Below, one piece after another: positions 1 to 10,517 of a DNA stretch of 64,000 bases. A program made the position numbers and the translations under genes. Below the pieces are notes generated by a model. That model was not told the DNA's origin. It made no database searches and worked only from the letters and a program-made list of their open reading frames with translations. Location of the stretch: assembly GCA_049437325.1 (NCBI GenBank), contig JBMTIM010000001.1, forward strand, positions 16,738 through 80,737, read 5' to 3'. The stretch is from Acidimicrobiales bacterium (lineage in GTDB: Bacteria; Actinomycetota; Acidimicrobiia; Acidimicrobiales; Aldehydirespiratoraceae). Positions within the stretch are counted from its first letter, which is position 1. Each line of letters begins with the position of its first letter.

Positions 1-826
1 GAAATCGGGCGCCATCACCCCAGCGACGCATCCTCCGCATCAACGGCGGCGACACATGCTGAAGGCTCAGATCGAAGTACGGCACCCCGGTGTCACAGAT
101 GGTGTCGATCAGGGCATCGTTGAGGTCGGAGGGGTACAGGTAGAGCAGGCGGACCCGGTCGACTCGGTGGGCGACCTGCTCGACGAGGGGGACGATCGAA
201 CGCTCCCCCACTCCCTGATCGCGACCGTACGCAGCAAGATCCTGGGCCACAAGCACGACCTCGCGGACACGGAGTTGCTCGACCTCAGTGAGGATCTGCT
301 CGATCGATCGGCTGCGTTGGGGACCCCGAAAGGAAGGGATGGCGCAGAAGCCACAGGCACGATCGCACCCCTCGGCGATCTTGACGTACGCCCACGGCCT
401 CCCCGATGCCGGCCGAGGCAGGTTGAGCAGATCGAAGTCGGGGGTCCGGCGGGTCGGGCCGAGTGACACCGGCACCGATCGGATACGAGGGGTCGACACA
501 AGTGAAGCACCGAAGGGTGCGATGCGATCGATCTCGGGCAGTTCTGCAGCGAGTTCGTCACCGTGTCGCTCGGCCAGACAACCGGTCACCACCAGTTCGG
601 CTCCCGGGCGCCGCTGTGCAGCGAGCGAAAGGATCGTGTCGATCGACTCAGCCCGAGCCTCGTCGATGAACGCACAGGTGTTGACGACCACGACATCGGC
701 TTCCTCCGCCGATGTCACGCGCTGGAGGCCGTCAGCCGTCAGGGTGCCTTCGAGCTTGTCGGAGTCGACCTGGTTCTTCGGACAGCCGAGAGTCTCGAGG
801 AAGTAGGTGCTCGGCAGTTCGCTCAC
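1..826 (-). CDS. rimO: Ribosomal protein S12 methylthiotransferase RimO, N-terminal ~275 codons (3' end runs off the window start)
   Basis: My own minus-strand translation from GTG at 826 gives VSELPSTYFLETLGCPKNQVDSDKLEG...VVNTCAF...VTGCLAE (the three-Cys MTTase N domain), then the radical-SAM motif CDRACGFC. It is absent from the ORF track because there is no stop codon inside the window. Confidence 0.85.
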   Translation of the reverse strand, partial: MSELPSTYFLETLGCPKNQVDSDKLEGTLTADGLQRVTSAEEADVVVVNTCAFIDEARAESIDTILSLAAQRRPGAELVVTGCLAERHGDELAAELPEIDRIAPFGASLVSTPRIRSVPVSLGPTRRTPDFDLLNLPRPASGRPWAYVKIAEGCDRACGFCAIPSFRGPQRSRSIEQILTEVEQLRVREVVLVAQDLAAYGRDQGVGERSIVPLVEQVAHRVDRVRLLYLYPSDLNDALIDTICDTGVPYFDLSLQHVSPPLMRRMRRWGDGARF

Positions 827-875
827 CGTCCCAGCCTAGAGGCGTGCTCTGGTGACCTCGGAGAGCGGCACCGGT

Positions 876-1853
876 TCAGAAGCCGAGTGCAGTGCTCTGC
901 ACGGACTCGCCGCCCGAGAGTACGACCACGGAGACGACCCACAGGAAGAACAACACGAAGGCCTTGGGTCGGTCCACCTTGCCGCCCACGACCATGAAGA
1001 CCGCACTGACGAGCACGATGCCGACCATCAGCACCGAACCGGTCTGCGCCATGGTGGTGTCGACGATCGGCCCGGGCCCGATCAGTCCGATGATGCCACC
1101 GACCGCAAGGCTGTTGAACACATTCGATCCGAGCAGGTTGCCGACCAGGAGGTCGGTCTCACCCTGCCGGGCGGCCTGCACACTGGTGACGAGTTCCGGC
1201 GCCGACGTTCCGAGTGCAACAAGGGTGAAGCCGACGAATCCACCTGAGAGTTCGAGTGCCTCGGCGACGCGTTCAGCACCGTCGACGATGAACCACGAGG
1301 CGACGACCACGCCGACCAGTCCGTTGATGGTGCGAAGCAGTTCGTAGCGAAAGTGAAGCGGTTCGTCACCGACGATATTGGAGACGTCGTCGTCGAAGCT
1401 CACATCACCGCTGGCACCGGCCCGAAGGATCACGGCGAGGAAGATCGCAATGAGGAGGGCGAGCAGTGCTCCCTCGAGACGCGTGATCTCACCCTGGATG
1501 AGAAGGGCGAAAACGATCACCGACGCAAGCGAGATCGGTACTTCCCGTTTGACCGTGCTGGAGCTGACCGGAACGACTGCGACCGTCGCAGCAGCCGCCA
1601 GCACGAGGCTGATGTTCGCCACGTTCGACCCGACGATGTTGCCGACCCCGATGTCGAGATCTCCGCGACCTGCGGCAAGACCGGACACAACCATCTCGGG
1701 GGCACTGGTTCCGAACCCGATCAGTACCGCGCCGATGACGACCGGGGACACCTTTCTTGCGACGGCGATTCGGGCGGCTCCGCGTACGAAGTGGTCGGCC
1801 GCCACTGCGAGCACGGCAAGACCGGCAAGGGCGAAAACCAGTCCGAGGAGCAT
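876..1853 (-). CDS. Ca2+/Na+ antiporter, CaCA (YrbG-like) family
   Basis: 325 aa and highly hydrophobic. It has two alpha-repeat motifs, GFGTSAPEMVVS and ALGTSAPELVTS, typical of cation/Ca2+ exchangers. Confidence 0.85.
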   Translation of the reverse strand: MLLGLVFALAGLAVLAVAADHFVRGAARIAVARKVSPVVIGAVLIGFGTSAPEMVVSGLAAGRGDLDIGVGNIVGSNVANISLVLAAAATVAVVPVSSSTVKREVPISLASVIVFALLIQGEITRLEGALLALLIAIFLAVILRAGASGDVSFDDDVSNIVGDEPLHFRYELLRTINGLVGVVVASWFIVDGAERVAEALELSGGFVGFTLVALGTSAPELVTSVQAARQGETDLLVGNLLGSNVFNSLAVGGIIGLIGPGPIVDTTMAQTGSVLMVGIVLVSAVFMVVGGKVDRPKAFVLFFLWVVSVVVLSGGESVQSTALGF

Positions 1854-1868
1854 CGATGCGAAGGGTAC

Positions 1869-4277
1869 TCAGCTCTGGCCGCGCCGAGCAGCAAGTTCGT
1901 CGGGGGTCACGAGCACGTCCCGTGCTTTCGAACCTGTCGACGGGCCGACCACTCCGGCCTCTTCCAGCAGATCCATGATCCGGCCGGCGCGGGCAAACCC
2001 CACGCGAAGCTTGCGTTGCAGCATCGACGTCGACCCGAGTTGGGTCTCGACGACGAGTTCCATGGCTTGGCCGAGCAGTTCGTCGCCGTCTTCCTCGGCC
2101 TGCGGGGGCGCAGCGGTGATGGCGTCGAGGCTCGGAGGCGTGTTGGTGACCCCACCCGCTCCCGGGATCGGGGCATCGGCCGAGACGTTGGGACCGGTCG
2201 GGTCGGAGGTCGCCGTGCCGGCAGTCACGGTCTGCTCGTCCGGGGCGGCCGGAGCTTGGTCGATCCAGTGCTTGACGATCGTTCGGATCTCACCCTCCTC
2301 GACCCAGCAACCCTGCACCCGGTGCGGGGTCGACGACGACGGCCCGAGCATCAGGAGATCACCCTTGCCGACCAGCCGCTCGGCGCCAGGCTGATCGAGG
2401 ATCACCCGAGAGTCGGTGAGGCTCGAGACTGCGAAGGCCAGACGAGCAGGCACATTGGCCTTGATGACGCCGGTGATGACGTTGACCGATGGGCGCTGTG
2501 TGGCGATCACGAGGTGGATACCGACCGCACGAGCCATCTGCGCAATGCGGGCGATCGACTCCTCGACGTCGCGCGCCGCAACCATCATCAGGTCGGCGAG
2601 CTCGTCGACGACGACGAGCATGAACGGGAGCCGCTTGTACTCGAGCGGATCGCCGCTCTCGTCGACCTCCCCGAGGCCGGGTTCGATCGTCCCCGCATCG
2701 ACGGCATTGTTGTAGCCGGTGATGTCGCGGAAGCCGACCTTGTGCAAGAGGTCGTACCGACGTTCCATCTCGCGCACCGCCCAGGCCAGCGCATTGGCGG
2801 CCTGGCGTGGATCGGTCACCGGGGCGGTGAGCAAGTGGGGCGCCCTGTCGTACTGACCCATCTCGACCCGCTTCGGGTCGATGAGGATCATCCGAACCTG
2901 CTCCGGCGTGGTCCGCATGAGAATCGATGTGAGCAACGAGTTGAGACACGATGACTTGCCCGCACCCGTTGCGCCGGCGATGAGCAGGTGCGGCATCGTG
3001 GCCAGGTTGACCAACACGTTCTTGCCATTGATGTCGCGACCGATGGCCACCTCGAGCGGATGCTTCGCGTGACGGGCTTCCTTCGATCTGAGGATGTCGC
3101 CGAGTGCAATGACCTGACGGTCGGTGTTCGGAACCTCGACGCCGATCGCTCGGCGACCTGGGATCGGTGCGAGGATGCGAACGTCGGGAGACGCCATGGC
3201 GTAGGCGATGTCCTTGCGCAGGCTCTCGAGCTTCGACACTTTGACGCCTTCACCCAACTCCAGCACGTAGCGGGTGACGGTCGGGCCGACCACCGGATCG
3301 AGCAGTGTCGTCGGCACACCGAACTGGTCGAGCGTGAACTGGAGCAACCGACCGCGGTCGGCCACCTCGTTCCGATCGACCGTCTTCGCCTCGCTGCGGG
3401 CCAGGATCGACATCGGCGGGAGCTTCCACTTGCCGTTGCTGGACGGCAGCGACAGCGACTCCTGGGTCGCCTCGGCGACCGGTTCGGCCTTCTTGCGGCC
3501 CTTCGTTGCGGTCGGCTCGACGGGTTGTGGCTCGGGAGCGGGTTCGGGCTCGGGTTCGGGCGGCGAGTGCACCACGGGCTCGGAGGGGCGGGACTCGAGT
3601 GCTGCGTCGCTGACCTGAGTCGGATCGTGGAAGAGCGATGCCATCGCACGCCGAACCAGCGTGCCGAGCGGAGCGACCGCCCGCCCGAGCCCACCACCGA
3701 AGGCCCGAGCCGAGGAGCCAGTGACGACGAGCGCTCCGGTGATGCCGATTGCTGCCAGCACCAGCAGGCTGCCTGCAGTATCAGCTGCAGCGTGCAGCGG
3801 GCCGCCCACCGCCCAACCGAGCCCACCACCGGCTGCGCCGATCTCTTCGATGGGGTCGTCGATTCCGGGGCGACCGCGCACGACGTGCAACACGCCCGTC
3901 ACCGCCACCGCAACGAAGAACCCGCCGACCATGAACCGAGCGATCCGCTCGACATCGTCATCGGCCTCTGGGTCGCCACCGCGCACGAGCGCCACACCCC
4001 CGGCGACGAGCGCGATCGGCACGACCGATCGACTCACGCCGAGCACCAGCGCCATGCCGTCGTCGAGCACCTGACCGATGATTCCGGCAGACCCGAGCCA
4101 GGTCGCGGCACCGGCCAGGAGACCGACAAGGATCAGTCCGATCCCCCACAGGTCGGCTCGGTGGCTCGCCATGACCGAACCGAACGCGTCGCGTGACACG
4201 GGCGCACCACCCCGCTTCGCAGTGGGTTTGCTCGCGGCCTTCTTGCCCGCCGGTTTCTTGCGTTGTTGCGTGGCCAC
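1869..4277 (-). CDS. ftsK: DNA translocase FtsK/SpoIIIE
   Basis: Walker A GATGAGKSS, Walker B LVVVDELADLM, and a C-terminal gamma wHTH (GSTSMLQRKLRVGFARAGRIMDLLE). There is a PEPEPEPAPEP linker and N-terminal TM helices. The ORF track extends to 4520, but that extension overlaps the 4366..4809 gene. I place the start at the in-frame GTG 4277 (VATQQRKKPAGKK), which has a GGGGG stretch just upstream. The start is uncertain. Confidence 0.9.
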   Translation of the reverse strand: MATQQRKKPAGKKAASKPTAKRGGAPVSRDAFGSVMASHRADLWGIGLILVGLLAGAATWLGSAGIIGQVLDDGMALVLGVSRSVVPIALVAGGVALVRGGDPEADDDVERIARFMVGGFFVAVAVTGVLHVVRGRPGIDDPIEEIGAAGGGLGWAVGGPLHAAADTAGSLLVLAAIGITGALVVTGSSARAFGGGLGRAVAPLGTLVRRAMASLFHDPTQVSDAALESRPSEPVVHSPPEPEPEPAPEPQPVEPTATKGRKKAEPVAEATQESLSLPSSNGKWKLPPMSILARSEAKTVDRNEVADRGRLLQFTLDQFGVPTTLLDPVVGPTVTRYVLELGEGVKVSKLESLRKDIAYAMASPDVRILAPIPGRRAIGVEVPNTDRQVIALGDILRSKEARHAKHPLEVAIGRDINGKNVLVNLATMPHLLIAGATGAGKSSCLNSLLTSILMRTTPEQVRMILIDPKRVEMGQYDRAPHLLTAPVTDPRQAANALAWAVREMERRYDLLHKVGFRDITGYNNAVDAGTIEPGLGEVDESGDPLEYKRLPFMLVVVDELADLMMVAARDVEESIARIAQMARAVGIHLVIATQRPSVNVITGVIKANVPARLAFAVSSLTDSRVILDQPGAERLVGKGDLLMLGPSSSTPHRVQGCWVEEGEIRTIVKHWIDQAPAAPDEQTVTAGTATSDPTGPNVSADAPIPGAGGVTNTPPSLDAITAAPPQAEEDGDELLGQAMELVVETQLGSTSMLQRKLRVGFARAGRIMDLLEEAGVVGPSTGSKARDVLVTPDELAARRGQS

Positions 4278-4365
4278 AGTGCCCCCGACGCTACCCGAGC
4301 GACCTCCCTCGACCGGGGCACCCCTGTGGACAACGTACAACGATTCGTGCGATGGGCCGTCCGTC

Positions 4366-4809
4366 TCACCCGGTGCGATTGGCGGCGTCGAGCGTCGCAT
4401 TGATCGCTTCGACTGCTCGCCGGATCCGGTGACCGGATGCACCGTCGACCAGCCGTATCCGGACGCGAGTGCCGTCGGCGGCAACGAGCGCAAGTGTCTT
4501 GACCCGACGGGGGTCGGCAAGCTCTTCGGTCCACTCGTATGGACCGAGCGGCTTGATCTCGAGCCGGGCTCCTTCGGCCTTGATCACCTGTCGCTTCACC
4601 CAGTTGACCACCACGAGATCGTCGTCGTTGGCGCACCACACACCACGCCGCCACCATCCGAAAAGCAGCAGAAGAACCCCGACACCGATGAACAGGGCGC
4701 GTCCGAGGCCGTCCTCCTGCCCCGCTGCGCTGATGACGGCAGGAACGGTGAGGGCAGCGAAGACGATCGCGTAGCCCCAACCCGGGCCGACCACCCGAAG
4801 CGATGTCAT
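4366..4809 (-). CDS. Hypothetical membrane protein (two N-terminal TM helices plus a small soluble, PH-like domain)
   Basis: 147 aa. Hydrophobic stretches GWGYAIVFAALTVPAVI and LFIGVGVLLLLFGWW are followed by a beta-rich C-terminal part. Third-position G/C bias supports coding. I cannot name a firm family motif. Confidence 0.6.
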   Translation of the reverse strand: MTSLRVVGPGWGYAIVFAALTVPAVISAAGQEDGLGRALFIGVGVLLLLFGWWRRGVWCANDDDLVVVNWVKRQVIKAEGARLEIKPLGPYEWTEELADPRRVKTLALVAADGTRVRIRLVDGASGHRIRRAVEAINATLDAANRTG

Positions 4810-4820
4810 GCTCGCCGGAC

Positions 4821-6482
4821 TCAGTCCTCGCGCACGACCGGCACGATCATCGGTCGACGGCGTGTGCGGTCGTTGACGGTTCGACCCGCAGCACGACGAG
4901 CGATCTGGGTCATGCGTTCGATGTCGGCATCGGGATCGTGGAGCGCATCGAGCAGATCAGCCTCGACGGCATCGGCGACTGCGGCCTCGTGCCCGGCGAG
5001 TGCGGGCACTTCGACCCAACCGCGGGAGATGACATCGGGACCGGCGAGGATCTCTCCCCGATCCAAGTCGAGGTGGACCACGACTGCAACGAAGCCGGCG
5101 GCGCCGAGGGGGGGTCGCGCGGCGAGCACGGTACTTCCGAGATCGCCGACCATGCCATCGACGTAGAGGTGCTCACCACCGATCGATCCGAGATGCTCGA
5201 CCCCCTCATCGGACAGGACGATGCGGTCTCCGTCCTCACACAGGACCACCCGTTCGTCGGGCATGCCCATCCGTAGGGCGAGTTCTCGGTGGGCCACCAG
5301 GTGCGCGTACTCGCCATGGACGGGCACGAACCATTCGGGAACAGCGACCGAGTGAAGCGTCTGGAGTTCCTGTTGCTTGCCGTGCCCACTCGTGTGCACA
5401 TCGACGATTCCGGAGTGAAAGACCCTCACCCCGTGCCGGGCAAGACCGTTACGCACCGACGCCACGGCGGTCTCGTTTCCGGGGATCGGGTGTGAGCTGA
5501 AGATGACCGTGTCGTGCTCGTCGAGCTGCAGCCATTTGCTCTGACCGATCGCCATCTGGGTCAGCGCAGCACGCGGCTCGCCCTGCGATCCGGTGCACAC
5601 GATCAGCGCCCTGGAACGATCGAACTCGTCGAGATCGTCGATATCGCGGATGTTGGCATCCGGAATCCGCAGGATGCCCAGATCGCGAGCGAGCTTGACG
5701 TTGCGGCGCATCGACAACCCGAGCGTGACGAGAACGCGACCGCTGTCGACCGCTGCATCGGCCAATTGCTGGATGCGATGGACGTGACTTGCGAACGACG
5801 CGACGATGACCCGCCGCCCTTCCTGACTGCGGATGAGATTCGTCAGATTTCGACCGATCTCCGTCTCCGACTTCGATGCACCTGGACTGTCGGCGTTCGT
5901 CGAATCGGCCAGGAGGAGACGAATGCCGGGATCGGATCCAAGCGCGCCGATCCGACTCAGGTCGGTGCGACGACCGTCGACCGGGGTGAGGTCGAGCTTG
6001 AAATCACTCGAGTGAAGGATCACGCCTTGATCGGTGTGGAACGCGGTGATGTTGCCGGATGGGATCGAGTGAGTGACCGGAAGGAACTCACAGTCGAACG
6101 GACCGACGTCGAGTCGATCGCCGTCGCTGATCGGTCGAAGGTCGGCCTGGTCCTGCAACCCCCGCTCACGAAGTTTGTGCTCGATGAGTCCGAGCGTGAA
6201 CGGTGAGCCGAAGATCGGGATGGCCATGTGCGACAGCAGATAGGGCAGGGCCCCGATGTGGTCTTCATGGGCATGGGTCGCAATACACGCCTCGACTCGA
6301 TCTGCGTTCTCGATCAAGTAGGTCAAGTCGGGGAACACGGCGTCGACACCCGGAAGGTCGTCACCGCCGAACATCTGGCCGCAATCGAGCACCACGATCC
6401 GACCGTTTGTCTCGATGGCGGCACAGTTTCGCCCGATCTCTCCGAGCCCGCCGAGGAAGGTGATGGTGACCGGTGCAGCCAT
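4821..6482 (-). CDS. rnj: Ribonuclease J
   Basis: 553 aa with the metallo-beta-lactamase motif HAHEDHIGALP and a beta-CASP layout. It sits in the conserved actinobacterial position next to dapA. Confidence 0.9.
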   Translation of the reverse strand: MAAPVTITFLGGLGEIGRNCAAIETNGRIVVLDCGQMFGGDDLPGVDAVFPDLTYLIENADRVEACIATHAHEDHIGALPYLLSHMAIPIFGSPFTLGLIEHKLRERGLQDQADLRPISDGDRLDVGPFDCEFLPVTHSIPSGNITAFHTDQGVILHSSDFKLDLTPVDGRRTDLSRIGALGSDPGIRLLLADSTNADSPGASKSETEIGRNLTNLIRSQEGRRVIVASFASHVHRIQQLADAAVDSGRVLVTLGLSMRRNVKLARDLGILRIPDANIRDIDDLDEFDRSRALIVCTGSQGEPRAALTQMAIGQSKWLQLDEHDTVIFSSHPIPGNETAVASVRNGLARHGVRVFHSGIVDVHTSGHGKQQELQTLHSVAVPEWFVPVHGEYAHLVAHRELALRMGMPDERVVLCEDGDRIVLSDEGVEHLGSIGGEHLYVDGMVGDLGSTVLAARPPLGAAGFVAVVVHLDLDRGEILAGPDVISRGWVEVPALAGHEAAVADAVEADLLDALHDPDADIERMTQIARRAAGRTVNDRTRRRPMIVPVVRED

Positions 6483-6490
6483 CGGCAGGC

Positions 6491-7390
6491 TCAGCCTTTG
6501 CCGAGCCCGGCCAAGACGGCCTTCGCTTCGATCTCGACGAATTCGGGTTCGGGCCCCATCGGCGGTCGAGTCGGTCCTCCCGGCAGGCCCAGAAGGCGCA
6601 GCATCGCCTTGGTCGGGATCGGGTTCGGTGCATCGTCACCGGTCTCGAAGGCATAGCTCGGGAGCAGGGAGCGGTTGATCTCGATCGCCCGGTCGACGTC
6701 GCCGTCGAAGAACGCAGTCATGAGATCCTGGACCTCGTTCCCGATCCAATGTGTCGCCACGCCGATCGTGCCGACGGCACCGATCGACAGCAGCGGAAGC
6801 GTGAGTACGTCATCGCCGCTGTAGACCTCGGTGTCGGGTGGTGCCATCGACAGAAGCCTCGCCGTCTGCGCCGGGTCACCGTTGGCGTCCTTCACCCCGA
6901 TGATGTTGTCGACCGTCTCGAAGAGTTCGACCATCGTTTCCAGGGCGATGGGGCGACCGGTGCGGCCCTTGATGTCGTACAGCAGTACTGGCATGTCGGT
7001 TGCGGCGGCACACGCTCGGAAATGGTCGGAAAGCCCGACCTGCGACGGGCGGTTGTAGTACGGCGTGACGTGCAGGAGCCCGGCTGCACCGGCTTCGGTC
7101 GCTCGCTCGGTGAGTTCGACCGCCGCACGGGTGTCATTGCTCCCTGCCCCGGCGATGACCGGGCCGTCGATGGCATCGACGACTGCACCGATCAACTCGA
7201 TTTGTTCATCGTGGGTGAGGGTCGGGCTCTCACCGGTGGTCCCAGCGATGATCAGCCCATCGTTTCCGCCCTCCGTGGTGAGCCACGTCGCCAGCTTCTG
7301 TGCACCGTCGAGGTCGAGGTTCCCGTCGGGAGTGAACGGCGTGACCATGGCGGTCAGCACTCGTCCGAACGTGGGGATTGCGGTGGTCAT
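6491..7390 (-). CDS. dapA: 4-hydroxy-tetrahydrodipicolinate synthase
   Basis: 299 aa with the motifs GTTGESPTLT and VTPYYNRP of the DapA/NAL TIM-barrel family. It is syntenic with rnj. Confidence 0.9.
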   Translation of the reverse strand: MTTAIPTFGRVLTAMVTPFTPDGNLDLDGAQKLATWLTTEGGNDGLIIAGTTGESPTLTHDEQIELIGAVVDAIDGPVIAGAGSNDTRAAVELTERATEAGAAGLLHVTPYYNRPSQVGLSDHFRACAAATDMPVLLYDIKGRTGRPIALETMVELFETVDNIIGVKDANGDPAQTARLLSMAPPDTEVYSGDDVLTLPLLSIGAVGTIGVATHWIGNEVQDLMTAFFDGDVDRAIEINRSLLPSYAFETGDDAPNPIPTKAMLRLLGLPGGPTRPPMGPEPEFVEIEAKAVLAGLGKG

Positions 7391-7437
7391 ACCTCAAGCC
7401 TGCCACGCTGCGGCGCTCCTGCCGCGCTGCGTCCCTC

Positions 7438-9564
7438 TCAGGGCTGATGCCCGGCCAGCGAACCACCGTCGGCGGCCAGACGCTCGAGCAGCGGAGAAGG
7501 CGTCCAGTGTGCGCCACCGAGGCGATCGCCATAGCTCTTGATCTTGTCGACGATCTCACCGAGACCGACCGCGTCGGCCCAGTGCATCGGGCCCCCGCGA
7601 TACATCGGCCACCCGTACCCGTTGACCCACACGACGTCGATGTCGCTGCCCCGAATCGCAATGCCCTCCTCGAGGATCTTCGCACCCTCGTTGACCATCG
7701 GGTACAGGAGGCGTTCGAGAATCTCTTGGTCGGTGACCTCACGCTGCTGATGGCCGCGTGCTTCGGCGAAGTCGCGGATGAGCTGCTCGACCTCGGGGTC
7801 GGGCGTCGCAGCACGAGTTTCGGCGTCGTAGGTGTAGTAGCCGCGACCGTTCTTTTGCCCTCGGCGACCGCTCTCGCACAGCACCTCACGGATCGTCGAC
7901 GACGAACTTCTCTCGGCCTTCCAGCCGATGTCGAGGCCGGCAAGGTCACTCATGGAGAACGGACCCATCGGGAACCCGAAGTCGTACAGCACACTGTCGA
8001 TCTGTGCCGGTGTGGCTCCCTCCATCAGCATCCGCTCCGCTTCGGCGCCCCGCATCGCGAGCATGCGATTCCCGACGAACCCGCGGCACACGCCGACCAT
8101 GGCACAGACTTTGCCGATCTGCTTTCCGATCGCCATCGTCGACGCAACGACAGTGTCGTTGGACTTGTCGCCGCGCACGTTCTCGAGGAGCTTCATCACG
8201 TTGGCCGGCGAGAAGAAGTGCATGCCGATGACCCACTCGGGCCGCGTCGTCGCCGATGCGATCTCGTTCACGTCGAGGGCGGACGTGTTCGACGCCATGA
8301 TCGCGCCGGGCTTACAAATCTGATCGAGTTCGGCGAAGATCGTCTTTTTCAACTCCATGTCCTCGAACACGGCCTCGATGACGATGTCGCAGTCGGCGAA
8401 GTCTTGCTTGTCGGTCGAACCGGTGATCAGTGCCATTCGCTCCTCGACAGCCTCTGCCGGGATCGAGCCCCGACTCGCTGAACGTTCGTAGTTTTTGCGA
8501 ACGACCCCGAGTCCACGCTCGAGCGCCTCCTCACTGACTTCGACGATGGTGACCGGGATGCCCACGTTTGCGAAGTTCATGGCGATCCCTCCCCCCATCG
8601 TGCCGGCGCCGAGCACGCCGGCCCGATGGACATCGATGGTCGGCGTGTCCTGCGCTATGTCGGGGATCTTGTTGGCCGCCCGCTCGGCGAAGAAGTAGTA
8701 GCGCTGCGCGGCCGACTGGGGGCCGCTCATGAGTTCACGGAACAACGTTGCTTCGACCTGCAGCCCTTCGTCGAACGGCATGCTCACCGCAGCCTCGATG
8801 CACCGGATGTTGTATTCGGGCGCGAGGAAACCACGGGTCTTCCGTGCGATCTTGTCGCGGAAATCGCTGAACACCTGCGGATCGACACCTTCGACCTTGT
8901 CGTTTCGGTCACGAACTTTGACCAGCGGCAGCTTGTCGGCAACGGCCCGCTCGGCGAACGCCACGGCTGCGATTCGCAGGGCAGCCACGTCGCCGTCGAC
9001 CACCTCGTCGATCAAGCCGTCGGCGTTGGCCTCGGCTGCCGGCATATGGCGGCCTGACGTCATCGCTTCGAGCGCCTTTGGCACCCCGATCAGGCGCGGC
9101 AATCGCTGGGTGCCACCGGCGCCCGGGAGCAGGCCGATGTTGACCTCGGGAAGGCCGTACCTCGACGACATGAGTCCGACCCGGTAGTGGGCCGCCAGGG
9201 CAACTTCGAGTCCACCTCCGAGTGCGGTGCCGTGGATGGCGGCGATCACCGGGATCGTCGCATGTTCCATCACGCCTTGGACATCGGCGAGACTGGCCGA
9301 GGCGGGGACGTTGCCGCCGAACTCGCTGATGTCGGCACCAGCGATGAAGGTCCGTCCCGCACAGATCAACACGACCGCCTGCGCGCCGTCTGCACTCGCC
9401 TGGACGAGGCCGTCGAAGATGCCTTGACGTACATGCCAACTGAGGGCATTGACCGGTGGGTTGTCGACGGTGATGACGGCGATGTCCCCCTCGGTGTCGA
9501 TCGAGACAGATTGCGTGATGTCGGTCATCCGGGGAGTCTCGCGTCCCGATGTCGATCGGGCCAC
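7438..9564 (-). CDS. Fused enoyl-CoA hydratase / 3-hydroxyacyl-CoA dehydrogenase (FadB/FadJ-like)
   Basis: 708 aa. The N-terminal part has a crotonase fold (ITVDNPPVNAL, AAIHGTALGGGLEVALA). The central part has an NAD-binding motif GVLGAGTMGGGIA of the 3-HACDH type. An alternative ATG at 9528 (MTDITQS) is equally plausible. Confidence 0.88.
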   Translation of the reverse strand: MARSTSGRETPRMTDITQSVSIDTEGDIAVITVDNPPVNALSWHVRQGIFDGLVQASADGAQAVVLICAGRTFIAGADISEFGGNVPASASLADVQGVMEHATIPVIAAIHGTALGGGLEVALAAHYRVGLMSSRYGLPEVNIGLLPGAGGTQRLPRLIGVPKALEAMTSGRHMPAAEANADGLIDEVVDGDVAALRIAAVAFAERAVADKLPLVKVRDRNDKVEGVDPQVFSDFRDKIARKTRGFLAPEYNIRCIEAAVSMPFDEGLQVEATLFRELMSGPQSAAQRYYFFAERAANKIPDIAQDTPTIDVHRAGVLGAGTMGGGIAMNFANVGIPVTIVEVSEEALERGLGVVRKNYERSASRGSIPAEAVEERMALITGSTDKQDFADCDIVIEAVFEDMELKKTIFAELDQICKPGAIMASNTSALDVNEIASATTRPEWVIGMHFFSPANVMKLLENVRGDKSNDTVVASTMAIGKQIGKVCAMVGVCRGFVGNRMLAMRGAEAERMLMEGATPAQIDSVLYDFGFPMGPFSMSDLAGLDIGWKAERSSSSTIREVLCESGRRGQKNGRGYYTYDAETRAATPDPEVEQLIRDFAEARGHQQREVTDQEILERLLYPMVNEGAKILEEGIAIRGSDIDVVWVNGYGWPMYRGGPMHWADAVGLGEIVDKIKSYGDRLGGAHWTPSPLLERLAADGGSLAGHQP

Positions 9565-9592
9565 TTCACGACGTGGCGCCTACGCTGCGGTC

Positions 9593-10465
9593 ATGTCTCC
9601 TCGTGCCGCATCTGTCCTCGCCGTCATCGTTTCGCTCCTGCTCGGGACTGCCATCGCAGCAGCGGGCAGCGACGGTGGAGAGGAGACCGGAGGCCTCCCC
9701 ACATTCACCTGGCTCGTCATCATCGCCTTCGGTGTCAATCTGGTCGTGTACATCCCGTCGTTTCTGAAGCAGACCGAGCAGTACTTCGATCTCACGGGCA
9801 GCGTCACGTATCTGACCGTGACCGTCATCGCGATCACCACGACGGCCGACCTCGACACTCGAACGCTGCTTCTCGGCGCAGCGATCGTGCTGTGGGCCGG
9901 ACGCCTCGGCACCTTCCTGTTCCGCCGGGTCACTCGCGATGGCGGTGACGGCCGCTTCGACACGCTGAAGCTCGATTCGCTCGTCTTTCTCCGCGTCTGG
10001 ATGTTGCAGGGCCTGTGGGTCACGATCACCGCAGGCGCCGCCCTCGCCGCAATGACGTCGGGGGCGAAGCAGGATCTCGGGATCGTCGGCGTGATCGGCC
10101 TTGCGCTCTGGGTCGTCGGCTTCGTGATCGAGGTCATCGCCGACCGGCAGAAGTCGGCCTTCAGAGCAGACGAGGCCAACGACGGCCGCTTCATCACCAC
10201 CGGCCTGTGGGCGTGGTCTCGCCATCCGAATTATTTTGGGGAGATCATCCTCTGGCTCGGTATTGCGATCCTGGCGACCCCGGCGCTCGCCGACTGGCAG
10301 ATCGCCACCCTGATCTCACCGCTGTTCGTGTTCGTGCTGCTCACCCGGATCAGCGGTGTGCCCCTGCTCGAACGTCGAGGGCTGAAGCGCTGGGGCGACG
10401 ATCCCGAGTATCAGACCTACCTGGCCACAACGCCGGTTCTGATGTTGCGGCCGCCGAGCCGTTGA
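9593..10465 (+). CDS. DUF1295 / steroid 5-alpha-reductase-like integral membrane protein
   Basis: C-terminal motif WSRHPNYFGEIILWLG and multiple TM helices. I moved the start to ATG 9593 (MSPRAASVLAVIV) because the ORF-track extension from 9449 overlaps the fadB-like gene. Confidence 0.75.
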   Translation: MSPRAASVLAVIVSLLLGTAIAAAGSDGGEETGGLPTFTWLVIIAFGVNLVVYIPSFLKQTEQYFDLTGSVTYLTVTVIAITTTADLDTRTLLLGAAIVLWAGRLGTFLFRRVTRDGGDGRFDTLKLDSLVFLRVWMLQGLWVTITAGAALAAMTSGAKQDLGIVGVIGLALWVVGFVIEVIADRQKSAFRADEANDGRFITTGLWAWSRHPNYFGEIILWLGIAILATPALADWQIATLISPLFVFVLLTRISGVPLLERRGLKRWGDDPEYQTYLATTPVLMLRPPSR

Positions 10466-10517
10466 GCGGATCGGGAGGCCACCTCATGCACCGATTGCGG
10501 GCACGGGCTGGCTCGAG

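Noticed and set aside
4278-4520. 81-codon N-terminal extension of ftsK
   Set aside because: It overlaps the 3' half of the 4366..4809 gene on the same strand and has no FtsK-like sequence. An in-frame GTG at 4277 with an upstream G-rich SD fits better.
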